The notes: generated from the sequence alone by a model not told the origin. 64,000 nucleotides of DNA from Actinomycetes bacterium (GCA_045807285.1 JBJMHR010000033.1:66792-130791), one strand, 5' to 3'. Shown: positions 9,712 through 19,237, numbered from the stretch's first letter. Numbers and translations: made by a program.

Positions 9712-10470
9712 TAGCCCGTTCGTCGCTAGCGCGCTGCCGCCGTCGGCCCGGCGTACGCCGCTCAGATCAGTGAACGTCCCGCCGGCTTCTTCGACCAGCA
9801 GCAGCAGGGGAGCCAGGTCCCACAGGGAGACCTCGGGCTCGCAGGCGATGTCGACCACGCCTTCGGCGACCATCGCGTAGGACCAGAAGTCCCCGTAGGC
9901 GCGGGTACGCCACACGGTCTGTGTCAACGCCCGAAACCCCTGCTCGGCTCGCTGCCAGCCGCCGAGCCCGGAGTAGGAGAGGAACGCGTCGGTCAATTCG
10001 CCGACGGCCGAAACCTGACAGCGCCGCACGCCGCCATCGATGTCGCGGGTCCAGGAGCCCCCACCTCGGCTGCACCACCACCGACGACCGAGGGCCGGCG
10101 CGGACACCACTCCAACGGTGATGTCAGCGCCGTCCTGCAAAGCGATGAGGGTTGCCCAGACCGGATGGCCGCGCACGAAGTTCTTCGTCCCGTCGATCGG
10201 GTCGATGACCCACCGACGTGGGCCTGCGCCGCTCGCGCCGAACTCTTCGCCGACAACGGCGTCGTCCGGTCGTTCGCGTGCGACATGCTCGCGGATTGCG
10301 TTCTCGGCGGAACGATCCGCCTCTGTCACCGGAGTGAGATCCGGCTTCGACTCGACGACGAGAGTGCCGGACCGGAACCGTGCCGTCGTCACCGCGTCCG
10401 CGCCGTCGGCGAGCGCCAGCGCGAGGTCGAGGTCGCCGGACACGCCCGGCAGACTACGAGGGGTTGACAC
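9670..10470 (-). CDS. Inositol monophosphatase family protein (HisN/ImpA-like)
   Basis: WVIDPIDGTKNFVRG is the IMPase signature, and DLALALADGADAVTTARF is IMPase-like. GTG start at 10470 with GGAAGG 6 nt upstream. Confidence 0.75.
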   Translation of the reverse strand: MSTPRSLPGVSGDLDLALALADGADAVTTARFRSGTLVVESKPDLTPVTEADRSAENAIREHVARERPDDAVVGEEFGASGAGPRRWVIDPIDGTKNFVRGHPVWATLIALQDGADITVGVVSAPALGRRWWCSRGGGSWTRDIDGGVRRCQVSAVGELTDAFLSYSGLGGWQRAEQGFRALTQTVWRTRAYGDFWSYAMVAEGVVDIACEPEVSLWDLAPLLLLVEEAGGTFTDLSGVRRADGGSALATNGLLHDTALAFVRPPA

Positions 10471-10498
10471 GAAGGGCCTTCCTGTAAACCATGGGCAG

Positions 10499-11068
10499 AT
10501 GCCAGCGACCCGGGACGCGCTGCTCGACGCCGCGTACGAGGCGGTCGTCTCCGGCGGCTGGCCCAAGGCCCGGATGGCCGATGTCGCCCAAGCCGCAGGC
10601 GTGTCCCGGCAGACGCTCTACAACGAGTTCGGTAGTAAGGACGCGTTGGCGCAGGCGCTCACATTGCGCGAGGCCGATCGCTTCCTCGACGCGGTCGATG
10701 CGGCGTTGACCGGACATGAAGGCGGTCCGGCCGAGGCGGTCGGTGTCTCCGTCGCGGCGGCTTTGCGGTTGGCCGCTGACAACCCCCTCGTCAAGGCGGT
10801 GCTCACCGACGACACCGACGCCGGTGGGTTGCTGCCTTTCCTGACCACCCGCGCCGAGCCGTTGCTTGCCGCGGCCCGCTCGCGTTTCCTCGCTCGGCTG
10901 CACGAAGACTGGCCGGCGATCGACCCGGTCGAAGCGGAACTCGCCGCGGAGACCGTCGTACGACTGACCGTGTCCTATCTCGTGCTGCCCGCCGAGGCCG
11001 TGGACCTCGTGGCGGCACGCGTCGCCCATCTCGTCGAGAAACTGCTAGCTGCCGGAGCGCGCCCATGA
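10499..11068 (+). CDS. TetR family transcriptional regulator
   Basis: MPATRDALLDAAYEAVVSGGWPKARMADVAQAAGVSRQTLYNEFGSKDAL is a TetR HTH. Stop overlaps the next gene (ATGA). Confidence 0.75.
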   Translation: MPATRDALLDAAYEAVVSGGWPKARMADVAQAAGVSRQTLYNEFGSKDALAQALTLREADRFLDAVDAALTGHEGGPAEAVGVSVAAALRLAADNPLVKAVLTDDTDAGGLLPFLTTRAEPLLAAARSRFLARLHEDWPAIDPVEAELAAETVVRLTVSYLVLPAEAVDLVAARVAHLVEKLLAAGARP

Positions 11069-12162
11069 GCACTTACGACAAGTACACCCGCGACCCTGGC
11101 CGGGAGACCTGGGACCTCACGATGGCGGGCGACACCCGCTTCACGTGGGAGTACGACGACGGCCGGGATCGCCTCTTGTCGCTGTACCAGAAAGGCAAGG
11201 ACAAGCAGTGGGACTCCACCAAGCGAATCGACTGGTCGATCGAGGTCGATCCCGTCAACCCGGCTGGCTTCCCCGATGAGTACAACGCGTTCCACGGCAG
11301 CTCTATCTGGGAGCGCATGAACCAACGCGAGCAGGACCAGCTGCTGCAGCACATCAGCGCCTGGACGTTCAGCCAGTTCCTGCACGGCGAACAAGGCGCG
11401 ATGGTGACCTCGGCGCGCCTGGTCGAAGCGGTCCCGGACCTTGACGCGAAGTTCTATGCCGCGACGCAGACGATGGACGAGGCGCGGCACGTCGAGACAT
11501 TTGCGCGCTTCTTGCAGGAGAAGGTCGGCGTCGTTTACCCGATGAACGACAACCTGGGGTCGCTTCTCTCCGATGCGCTGAGCAGTAGCGACTGGGACTT
11601 CGCGTACCTCGGCATGCAGGTCCTGATCGAAGGGCTGGCGCTGGCTGCGTTCGGCGTCTATCGCGACATCGCGACGAATGCGTTGGCCAAGCAGCTGCTC
11701 GCCTATGTCATGCAGGACGAGGCACGGCACGTCGCGTTCGGTCGGATCGCGTTGCGCGACCACTACGCCGAGCTGTCCGACAAGGAACGCGGCGAGCGCG
11801 AGGACTTTGTCGTCGAAGGTTGCTGGCTGATGCGCAACCGCTTCCTGGCGCAGGACGTCTACGACAACCTCGGGTTGCCGGTGGACGAATGCCTGCAGGT
11901 CGCCGAGCAGTCGCAGCTGCAGCAGTACTTCCGGTCGTTGCTGTTCAGCCGGATCGTCCCGTGCGTCCGCGACATCGGCCTGTGGGGCGAGAAGGTCCAG
12001 AAGTGTTACGCCGACATGGGCGTGCTCGACATGGCTGGCGTGGATCTCGACGCGCTGATGCGCGGCGACGAGGAGCTCGCGGAGAAACTCGACGCCGATC
12101 GCCTCGGCCTGCAACGGCGCGCCGAAGAGGTGCACGAGACGATCGCTGCTGCGGCCGACTGA
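11065..12162 (+). CDS. AurF-like / ferritin-like diiron oxygenase family protein
   Basis: Two DEARH(V) motifs of the E-x2-H type (MDEARHVETF and QDEARHVAFG) within a helical ferritin-like fold. 365 aa. Confidence 0.55.
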   Translation: MSTYDKYTRDPGRETWDLTMAGDTRFTWEYDDGRDRLLSLYQKGKDKQWDSTKRIDWSIEVDPVNPAGFPDEYNAFHGSSIWERMNQREQDQLLQHISAWTFSQFLHGEQGAMVTSARLVEAVPDLDAKFYAATQTMDEARHVETFARFLQEKVGVVYPMNDNLGSLLSDALSSSDWDFAYLGMQVLIEGLALAAFGVYRDIATNALAKQLLAYVMQDEARHVAFGRIALRDHYAELSDKERGEREDFVVEGCWLMRNRFLAQDVYDNLGLPVDECLQVAEQSQLQQYFRSLLFSRIVPCVRDIGLWGEKVQKCYADMGVLDMAGVDLDALMRGDEELAEKLDADRLGLQRRAEEVHETIAAAAD

Positions 12163-12172
12163 TACTGGGTCG

Positions 12173-12448
12173 GTGGTCGACCAGGCCGACATCATCCTGC
12201 AGCGGTTCTTCCGCGACGGCCGCTTGCTGTCGGTACCGCGGCAACGGGCCAAACGCCGCGTCGTACTCGACCATCTCGCTTCGTTCTTCGAACCCGGGGT
12301 GCGGTACACCGAAACCGACGTGAACGACGTGCTGCGCAAGGTGTACGACGACCACGTCGCGTTACGGCGTTACCTCATCGACGAGGGCTTCCTCGCCCGT
12401 GACGCCGGCATTTACTGGCGCATGGGCGGCTCCGTCGACGTGGAATAG
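12173..12448 (+). CDS. DUF2087-like small protein
   Basis: 91 aa. RFFRDGRLLSVPRQRAKRRVVLDHLASFFEPGVRYTETDVNDVL is typical of DUF2087. Confidence 0.4.
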   Translation: MVDQADIILQRFFRDGRLLSVPRQRAKRRVVLDHLASFFEPGVRYTETDVNDVLRKVYDDHVALRRYLIDEGFLARDAGIYWRMGGSVDVE

Positions 12449-12458
12449 ATCTCCCGGA

Positions 12459-13487
12459 CTATTCCGACTCACGTGACGCCAGCAGGCGGCGCAGGGAGTC
12501 GAGGCGGGCGGGGGTTGCCTTCCCGCTGGTGACGTAGGCGTCCAGGGCACACCCCGGTGCGTCCACCGCGTGTGTGCAACCAGGCGGACACTCAGCGGTC
12601 CCGGGAGCGAGATCCGGAAAGGCTTCGACGATCGTCGCCGGCGTCACGTGCGCCAGGCCGAAACTACGGATGCCAGGCGTGTCCACGATCCAGCCGCCGC
12701 CCGGCAGCATCAACGCGACCGCCGAGGACGAGGTGTGTGTTCCCCGTCCCGTGGCGAGGTTGACGGCACCGACGGCCCGCTCCGCCGAGGGCACGAGCCG
12801 GTTCACGATCGTCGACTTGCCCACGCCTGAATGGCCGACAAGCACACTCACCCGTCCGGCCAGGTGCGCCCGCAGCCGGGCGATATCGGCGTCGAGGTGT
12901 GGTCGGCCGGCGACCACCGCTGGCACGCCGAGCGGTGCGTACATCGTGAGCAACGCATTCGGGTCGCCCAGGTCGGACTTGGTCAGGCACAGCAGTGGCT
13001 CGAGATCCGCGTCGTACGCCGCGACGAGACACCGATCGATGAGGCGCGGTCGAGGTGGCGGGTCTGCCAAGGCGGCGACGATCACGAGCTGGTCCGCGTT
13101 GGCGACGATCACCCGCTCGACCGGATCATCGTCGTCCGCAGTACGTCGCAACGCGGACGTTCTCTGATCGACGCGCACGATGCGGGCCAACGCATCGTCG
13201 TCGCCGCTGACGTCGCCGACGATGCGCACCCGGTCGCCGACGACGACACTGCGCCGACCGAGTTCGCGCGCCTGCATCGCAATGACGACGCGGCCGTCGA
13301 CATAGCAGCCGTAGCGCCCGCGGTCGACAGCTGTGACAAGCCCCGGATGCGCGTCATCGTGCACGGGCCGGACGCGAGTGCGTGGCCTCGAGCGACCCGG
13401 TCGCCGGACGCGGACGTCGTCTTCGTCGAGCTCGCGGCGACTCGGACGCGGGGTCAGCTGTGCTCCGCGCCGAGCAGGTCCGCCCAC
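12459..13487 (-). CDS. rsgA: Ribosome small-subunit-dependent GTPase A
   Basis: LVGHSGVGKSTIVNRLVP P-loop, DTPGIRSF, and C-terminal zinc cluster CPPGCTH. The N-terminus (DEDDVRVRRPGRSRPRTR) aligns with mycobacterial RsgA. The start may lie later than 13487. Confidence 0.85.
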   Translation of the reverse strand: MGGPARRGAQLTPRPSRRELDEDDVRVRRPGRSRPRTRVRPVHDDAHPGLVTAVDRGRYGCYVDGRVVIAMQARELGRRSVVVGDRVRIVGDVSGDDDALARIVRVDQRTSALRRTADDDDPVERVIVANADQLVIVAALADPPPRPRLIDRCLVAAYDADLEPLLCLTKSDLGDPNALLTMYAPLGVPAVVAGRPHLDADIARLRAHLAGRVSVLVGHSGVGKSTIVNRLVPSAERAVGAVNLATGRGTHTSSSAVALMLPGGGWIVDTPGIRSFGLAHVTPATIVEAFPDLAPGTAECPPGCTHAVDAPGCALDAYVTSGKATPARLDSLRRLLASRESE

Positions 13488-14728
13488 ATCGTGGCGAAAC
13501 CGGGCAACGTCTTACGTGTCGTCTGTACGTCGTCGAGCACGACCCCTGGAACGACCAGGCCGATGACCGCGCCGGCCATCGCCATCCGGTGGTCGTCGTA
13601 GGTCGCGAAGACGCCGCCGTGCATAGGCCGCGGCTTGATCACCAAGCCGTCCTCGGTTTCCGCCACATCGCTGCCGAGAGCGTTCAACTGCGTCGCGAGT
13701 GCCGCGAGTCGATCGGTCTCGTGGCCGCGAAGATGGCCGATGCCGGACAGGTGGGACGGTGTCGTCGCGAAAGCGGCCAGCGCCGCGATGACCGGTGTTA
13801 GCTCGCCGCAGTCCTGCAGGTCGGCGTCGATGCCCGCGATGTCGTCCGGCCCCGTGACGACGAGTGTGTTTCCCTCGACGCTCGTGCTCGCACCGAAGGC
13901 CCGCAGCAACTCGGGAAGCCGGCCGCCTGGTTGCGTCGTCGTCGCCGGCCAGTCGGCCAGACGCACTTGACCGGTGGTGGCGACCGCCGCGGCGAGAAAC
14001 GGCGCCGCACTCGACAGGTCCGGCTCGATCGTCCACTGCCGCGGCCGGACATCACCGGGTGCCACAACCCACGATGTCCCCGAGGGTGTGTCCACAGTGA
14101 CGCCCGCTTCGCGCAGCATCGCCACGGTCATGTCGAGGTGTGGCCCGCTGGGCACCGGGCCGCCCTCATGGGTGAGGGAAAGCCCTTCGTCGTACCTCGG
14201 CGCTGCCAACAGCAGCGCGCTCAGGAACTGCGAGGAGCTTGATGCGTCGATGGTTACGGCGCCGCCGCGTACCGCCCCCGTCCCGTGCACAGTCGCCGGC
14301 AGGCCGCCGGTGGCGGCCGCGTCCACTCGTACGCCGAGGTCGCGCAGCGCAGTGACCAGCGGTCCCAGGGGCCGGGACCGGATCTGGGCATCGCCGTCGA
14401 GCCGCACCGGTCCGCGGGCGAGCGTCGCAATGGCAAGGACGAAACGTGCCACCGTGCCCGCGTTGCCGACATCGATGACCTCGTCAGGCGCCGCGAACGG
14501 TCGCCCAGTGATCGTCCATTCGCGTTGTCCCACGTGGACCTCGGCGCCGAGCGCACCGAGCGCGGCGGCCATCAGCTCGGTGTCGCGGCTGCGCAGGGGG
14601 TTGTGCACGAACGAGTCGCCGTCCGCGAGCGCGGACAACACCAACGCGCGGTTGGTCATCGACTTCGATCCCGGCACGCGGACATCCGCGTCGACCGGCC
14701 CGGTGGCAACCGGGGCCGGCCAGCGCAT
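13454..14728 (-). CDS. aroA: 3-phosphoshikimate 1-carboxyvinyltransferase (EPSP synthase)
   Basis: MRWPAPVATGPVDADVRVPGSKSMTNRALVLSALA, LRGHETDRLAAL and YDDHRMAMAGAV are AroA signatures. Start at M11 of the track ORF. Confidence 0.9.
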   Translation of the reverse strand: MRWPAPVATGPVDADVRVPGSKSMTNRALVLSALADGDSFVHNPLRSRDTELMAAALGALGAEVHVGQREWTITGRPFAAPDEVIDVGNAGTVARFVLAIATLARGPVRLDGDAQIRSRPLGPLVTALRDLGVRVDAAATGGLPATVHGTGAVRGGAVTIDASSSSQFLSALLLAAPRYDEGLSLTHEGGPVPSGPHLDMTVAMLREAGVTVDTPSGTSWVVAPGDVRPRQWTIEPDLSSAAPFLAAAVATTGQVRLADWPATTTQPGGRLPELLRAFGASTSVEGNTLVVTGPDDIAGIDADLQDCGELTPVIAALAAFATTPSHLSGIGHLRGHETDRLAALATQLNALGSDVAETEDGLVIKPRPMHGGVFATYDDHRMAMAGAVIGLVVPGVVLDDVQTTRKTLPGFATMWADLLGAEHS

Positions 14729-14833
14729 GACAACAGGACGAGCGGCCGTGGTGCTCACTGACCAAGAATCGCGGTCGGGCTGCGGCGGGGGTGGACCGAC
14801 CCGAAGTGCGCAACGGTCAGTGCGGGAACTGTC

Positions 14834-15163
14834 CTAGTGCGTTGCGGACCGGCGACGCCGACCGCTGGCGACGAAGACCGTGCCTGCGCCGATCGCGCCG
14901 ACGCCGACGACCACCATCAGGGCGATCTCACCACCGGTGAACGGCAGCCGCGAGGCATTCGTGCCCTCGACCTGGGTGCCGGGCGGTGTGCTCGGGTTGC
15001 GGGTGGCGTGGGTCGGCAGCACGCTGACCGACGGCGATGGGCACGTGGACGAGTAGGAGTTGCATGTGTCGGCGGGAGCCGCCAATGCAACGCCGGCCGT
15101 CCCGGCCAGGGATCCTGCGACGAGTCCGGCGAGGACCGCCGTCGTTGCGAGGTGCCGGTGCAT
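14834..15163 (-). CDS. Small secreted LPXTG-type (LPFTG) cell-wall anchored protein
   Basis: Signal peptide, then a Cys pair (CNSYSSTC), then LPFTGG, a hydrophobic helix and an RRRR tail. Confidence 0.6.
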   Translation of the reverse strand: MHRHLATTAVLAGLVAGSLAGTAGVALAAPADTCNSYSSTCPSPSVSVLPTHATRNPSTPPGTQVEGTNASRLPFTGGEIALMVVVGVGAIGAGTVFVASGRRRRSATH

Positions 15164-15295
15164 CGATTACCCCCTGCTACGTGGTTGACGGAAGTTTGCT
15201 CCACAGAGTCCGAACAAGCAAGCGACTACGCCTGATCTGACCCGAAATTTGGTGACGCAGCGTGCACTCGGAGTAGCGATAACTAGGCTGCCCGG

Positions 15296-15823
15296 GTGAA
15301 CGGTATGACCGCCATAGCCCGCGTGCTCGCCGCGGTCGTAGTGCTCACCGTAACAGCGGGTTGCTCAGGTTCCTCGGCGCCTCCCTCTGTGGGCCACGCG
15401 CCACCGACCGTGACGCCGTCCCCTTGCCCCGGGCTGCACCAGCCACCGCGGATCGTGACCTGGCCTCGGCCGTTGCCCGCTGACCTTCCCCGGCCGCCGG
15501 GAAGTAACCGCGCCACGATCGCGATCAGCAACGCCACCCTCACGGTGGTCCGCTTCACGGCGCCGGTCTCCTTGCCGGAGGGCGTGCTGTTCGTGCTCGG
15601 CTCGTTCCCGAAGGCGGGCTTCGCGCTCGGCCGGGGCGACGCCGAGCTGAACCAAGCGGACGCACCGTTCGCGCGGCAGGGCCTGTTCGGCCAAGTGCGC
15701 ATCAACGGCCTGGGCGTGTGCACAAGCCAATGGCTTGTCGCCGTCGGCACTCCGGCACGCGGGACGAGCCCGCTGCTGCCCGCCCCTAGCGCCTCGGCAT
15801 CGCCGCTTCCGTTCGGTCCGTGA
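15296..15823 (+). CDS. Lipoprotein of unknown function
   Basis: Lipobox LTVTAGC followed by a Pro-rich mature region. Confidence 0.55.
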   Translation: MNGMTAIARVLAAVVVLTVTAGCSGSSAPPSVGHAPPTVTPSPCPGLHQPPRIVTWPRPLPADLPRPPGSNRATIAISNATLTVVRFTAPVSLPEGVLFVLGSFPKAGFALGRGDAELNQADAPFARQGLFGQVRINGLGVCTSQWLVAVGTPARGTSPLLPAPSASASPLPFGP

Positions 15824-15824
15824 C

Positions 15825-16589
15825 GTGTGCGGGAGATACGCATCGGCGCGTAAGGCCGAAGACATCGCCGCAAGCTTCGGCATCCGACCCGAACGGGTGG
15901 ATGGGTCGCTGGACGCCGACTACAACGTCGCGCCGACCAAGCCGGTGTACGCCGTCGTCGAGCGCGTGCCGCGAGACGAGGACACGACGGAGCCGGTCCG
16001 GCAGCTCCGCGTCGGCAGGTGGGGTCTGGTCCCGTCGTGGGCAAAGGACCCGTCGATGGGTAGCCGGCTGATCAACGCTCGGGTGGAAACGGTCGAAGAC
16101 AAGCCCGCCTTCCGCCGAGCCTTCGCCGTACGGCGTTGCCTGCTGCCTGCCGACGGCTACTACGAATGGTGGGCGGCAACCGGCCTGGACGGAAAGCCGG
16201 TGAAGCAGCCCGTCTTCATCCGCCCTCGGAACGGCTCGGTGCTGGCGATGGCCGGGCTTTACGAGTTCTGGCGTGACCCGGCCGCCGCCGGCGAGGAGGA
16301 CGCCTGGATCTTCTCGGTGACGATCCTGACGACAACGGCCGAGGACGCCGTCGGCCATGTGCACGACCGGATGCCACTGATGGTGGACCCTGCTGGCTGG
16401 TCGGCGTGGCTTGACCCGCGGCGCGACGACCCAGCCGCTGTGCGCGATCTGCTCGTCCCGGCGCGGCCTGGGCTGCTCGAGGCCTATCCGGTCTCACGCG
16501 CGGTCAATGACGTCCGCAACGAGGGACCGCACCTGCTCGAACCGATCGCGGCCGAGGAGATCCCGGCGGACGCGCCGACGTTGTTCTGA
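15825..16589 (+). CDS. SOS response-associated peptidase (SRAP/YedK, DUF159)
   Basis: GTG then Cys2 (VCGRYA), RWGLVPSWAKD, INARVETV, FRRAF..RCLLPADGYYEW and HDRMPLMV. Starts 1 nt after the lipoprotein stop. Confidence 0.8.
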   Translation: MCGRYASARKAEDIAASFGIRPERVDGSLDADYNVAPTKPVYAVVERVPRDEDTTEPVRQLRVGRWGLVPSWAKDPSMGSRLINARVETVEDKPAFRRAFAVRRCLLPADGYYEWWAATGLDGKPVKQPVFIRPRNGSVLAMAGLYEFWRDPAAAGEEDAWIFSVTILTTTAEDAVGHVHDRMPLMVDPAGWSAWLDPRRDDPAAVRDLLVPARPGLLEAYPVSRAVNDVRNEGPHLLEPIAAEEIPADAPTLF

Positions 16590-16656
16590 CCGACCCGCCT
16601 TGTTGGGCGCCTTCTGAGCGGATAGGAAGGGACGCCCGTGCATCGAAGGAGGACCC

Positions 16657-17004
16657 GTGGACACCGCAACGGCGCGACAGCGGCTCGAGCAGTTGCTGAC
16701 CGACGTCGACCGATCGATCGCGACGTTGGAAGCCGAAAGCGGACGGCCGTCCTCCAGCCTGCGCCCCGATGTGGACACCGCCGATCCCGGCACCGCGCTC
16801 AGTGACGCCGACCGGGAGGCCGCCGCCCTCGAGACCTTGTCGAGCCACCGCGCGCACCTCACCGAGGCGCTGGCGCGCGTCGACGCCGGAAGCTACGGCA
16901 AATGCCTGGACTGCGGCGCCGGCTTGCCGGACGAGCGACTCGAGGCGCGGCCGGAAGCAGCGCGCTGCGTCAGCTGCCAGGCGCGGGCCGAAAACGGGCG
17001 CTAG
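16657..17004 (+). CDS. DksA/TraR family C4 zinc-finger protein
   Basis: C-terminal CLDCGAGLPDERLEARPEAARCVSC has C-x2-C-x17-C-x2-C spacing. Confidence 0.7.
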   Translation: MDTATARQRLEQLLTDVDRSIATLEAESGRPSSSLRPDVDTADPGTALSDADREAAALETLSSHRAHLTEALARVDAGSYGKCLDCGAGLPDERLEARPEAARCVSCQARAENGR

Positions 17005-17014
17005 GCAAGCCACC

Positions 17015-17635
17015 GTTGCCGTCGAGACCTCGGTCGGGACGGCCGGGGTCGTCCTCGAACGGCCGACCAGTGCCGCCCGCGGGTTGTTGGTCCTGGGACA
17101 CGGGGCCGGCGGCGGCATCGACGCTGCTGACCTGACCGTCGCGACCCGCGCGGCACTCGCTGCGCGCTGGTGCGTCGCTCGTGTGCTTCAGCCGTACCGG
17201 ATGGCGGGTCGGCGAGCGCCGGCACCGGCGGCCCGGCTCGACGCGGCCTGGCTCGACGTGGTCGCCGATCTCCGCAACCGGCGCGAGCTGCGTGGGCTGC
17301 CCACCGTCGTCGGCGGTCGTTCCAGCGGCGCCCGGGTCGCTTGTCGCACTGCGGGCGCGACCAGCGCAGGGGCGATCGTTGGCCTTGCCTTCCCGCTTCA
17401 TCCGCCCGGTCGTCCGGAGCGCTCCCGTGCCGAGGAGCTGCGGTCAGCGGCGGCTCCGGTGTACGTCGTACAAGGAGAGCGCGATGCCTTTGGTTCGGCG
17501 GCCGACCTCGTTGCGCTGCGGATCGGCAACGTTCGGGTGTGTGCCGTCGCGGGGGCGGATCACGCCTTGCGCGGACCGGCCGCCGCTGCTGCGGTAGCCG
17601 ATGTCGTGACCGAGGTGCTCGGGTCAGTCGGCTGA
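17015..17635 (+). CDS. Alpha/beta hydrolase (COG3571-like); start codon unresolved
   Basis: GLLVLGHGAGGG motif, GGRSSGARVA nucleophile elbow and C-terminal GADH. No ATG or GTG lies between the dksA-like stop and the motif, only TTG at 17084 and 17087. Confidence 0.45.
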   Translation, partial: VAVETSVGTAGVVLERPTSAARGLLVLGHGAGGGIDAADLTVATRAALAARWCVARVLQPYRMAGRRAPAPAARLDAAWLDVVADLRNRRELRGLPTVVGGRSSGARVACRTAGATSAGAIVGLAFPLHPPGRPERSRAEELRSAAAPVYVVQGERDAFGSAADLVALRIGNVRVCAVAGADHALRGPAAAAAVADVVTEVLGSVG

Positions 17636-18313
17636 TGCGACGTACACGCGACCGGCGACGCGGCCAGGGACAGCGGAGATGCCGTGCGACGTCTCGACGG
17701 TCAGCCGACCACGACCGCTGTCGACGACCGTCACCGCGCAGCCCGGGACCAGCCCTGCCTCTTCGAGCAGCAACATGCTTTCGGCGTCCGCTTCGATCTC
17801 CTCGCTGACACGGCGCACCTCCGCTTTGCCACCGGCGGGCACGTCCGCCAGTGGTTGCAGCGGATCGCTGGGCACGGGGTTGGCCGAGCCCGGGATCGGA
17901 TTGCCGTGTGGGCAGGTGGCTGGGTCGCCGAGCAACCGGACGAGGTGCGCTTCGAGGTTGGCGCTGATCGCGTGCTCGAGGCGGCCGGCCTCTTCGTGCA
18001 CCTGATGCCACGGGACGTGCAGTACGTCGACGAGGAGGCGCTCGGCCAGGCGGTGCCGGCGCATGATCGAGGTCGCGTAGCCGCGGCCTTCGTCGGTGAG
18101 GTGCACGACGCGGTGGTCGTCGAGGGTGACGTAGCCCTCGCGCGCCAGCCGGCCGACCGTTTCGGAGACGGCCGGAGCGGACACGCCGAGCCGTTCGACC
18201 AAGCGGGCGCGCATCGGGGGGATGCCGGATTCTTCGAGCTCGAGGATCGTCTCGAGGTACTCCTCGACCGCAGGGTGGTGGCCGGGCGCCGGCGTCGCCG
18301 TGCGCGGCTCCAT
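17624..18313 (-). CDS. ideR: Iron-dependent repressor IdeR (DtxR family)
   Basis: VEEYLETILELEESG...RRHRLAERLLVDVLHVPWHQVHEEAGRLEHAIS plus an SH3-like C-terminal domain. 229 aa from M8 of the track ORF. Confidence 0.85.
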   Translation of the reverse strand: MEPRTATPAPGHHPAVEEYLETILELEESGIPPMRARLVERLGVSAPAVSETVGRLAREGYVTLDDHRVVHLTDEGRGYATSIMRRHRLAERLLVDVLHVPWHQVHEEAGRLEHAISANLEAHLVRLLGDPATCPHGNPIPGSANPVPSDPLQPLADVPAGGKAEVRRVSEEIEADAESMLLLEEAGLVPGCAVTVVDSGRGRLTVETSHGISAVPGRVAGRVYVASAD

Positions 18314-18390
18314 TCCCGCTGGGCTCGGCGGCATGTGGCCATGCTAGGTGCCGAGTGAGGTGCCGGCAGGGGCCCGTCGCGGGCAGCCGC

Positions 18391-18418
18391 GGGAATCATC
18401 ATCGGGGTCTCATCTGTT
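18391..18418 (+). promoter_or_regulatory. Putative SigH/SigR-type ECF promoter (GGGAAT-N19-GTT) upstream of sigH
   Basis: GGGAAT at 18391-18396 and GTT at 18416-18418. Same architecture as the hsp20 promoter at 20593-20620. Confidence 0.4.
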
Positions 18419-18592
18419 CAAGCGCATATGGGCCCGCTCACGACCGGCGTACGACGCACGGCGTCGGCCCGGCGCTGCAGCCGGGCACCCGCGCGGCCAG
18501 GAGTGGGCTCGCGGCGGCGGTCGCGTCCGGGCGCGCGGGTATTGTCCGCGACGACGAGCAACGGACAGCCTGCTGATGAGACGTGGGCCGCA

Positions 18593-19237
18593 GTGAAGGC
18601 GGTGAGTGCGGTCGAGGAGACCAGCGAGCAGCGCGCCGCGCGGTTCGAACGCGACGCGATGCCGTTCCTCGACCAGCTGTACTCCGCAGCGTTGCGGATG
18701 ACGCGCAACCCGGCCGACGCCGAGGACCTCGTACAGGAGACGTTCGTCAAGGCGTTCGCGGCGTTCCATCAGTTCGAGGAAGGCACCAACCTCAAGGCGT
18801 GGCTCTACCGCATCCTGACGAACACCTTCATCAACAACTACCGCAAGGCCCAACGGCAGCCCCTGCAGAGCCCAACTGAGCAGATCGAGGACTGGCAGCT
18901 CGCCGCGGCCGAGGAGCACAGCAGCACCGGCTTGCGCAGCGCCGAGATGGAAGCACTCGACCATCTGCCCGACAGCGACATCAAAGAGGCGTTGCAGTCG
19001 CTGCCCGAAGAGTTCCGGCTCGCGGTCTACCTCGCTGATGTCGAGGGCTTCGCCTACAAAGAGATCGCCGACATCATGGGCACGCCGATCGGCACCGTGA
19101 TGTCGCGGCTGCACCGTGGCCGACGTGGCTTGCGCAAGGCTCTGCAGGGCTACGCCGAGGAGCGCGGGCTCGTGCGCGCCGCGACTGCGACGGATTCCGA
19201 AACTCGTGCCGGCACGGACGGGGAGGGCGGGAAATGA
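18593..19237 (+). CDS. sigH: ECF sigma factor SigH (SigR/SigE-like)
   Basis: Near-collinear with mycobacterial SigH: [40 protein letters not shown]...[20 protein letters not shown]...[15 protein letters not shown] start at 18593, with 18602 as an alternative. Confidence 0.85.
   Translation: MKAVSAVEETSEQRAARFERDAMPFLDQLYSAALRMTRNPADAEDLVQETFVKAFAAFHQFEEGTNLKAWLYRILTNTFINNYRKAQRQPLQSPTEQIEDWQLAAAEEHSSTGLRSAEMEALDHLPDSDIKEALQSLPEEFRLAVYLADVEGFAYKEIADIMGTPIGTVMSRLHRGRRGLRKALQGYAEERGLVRAATATDSETRAGTDGEGGK

Noticed and set aside
18314-18592. IdeR (iron box) operators in the ideR-sigH intergenic region and near the AurF-like gene
   Set aside because: No convincing TTAGGTTAGGCTAACCTAA-like 19-mer was seen by eye.
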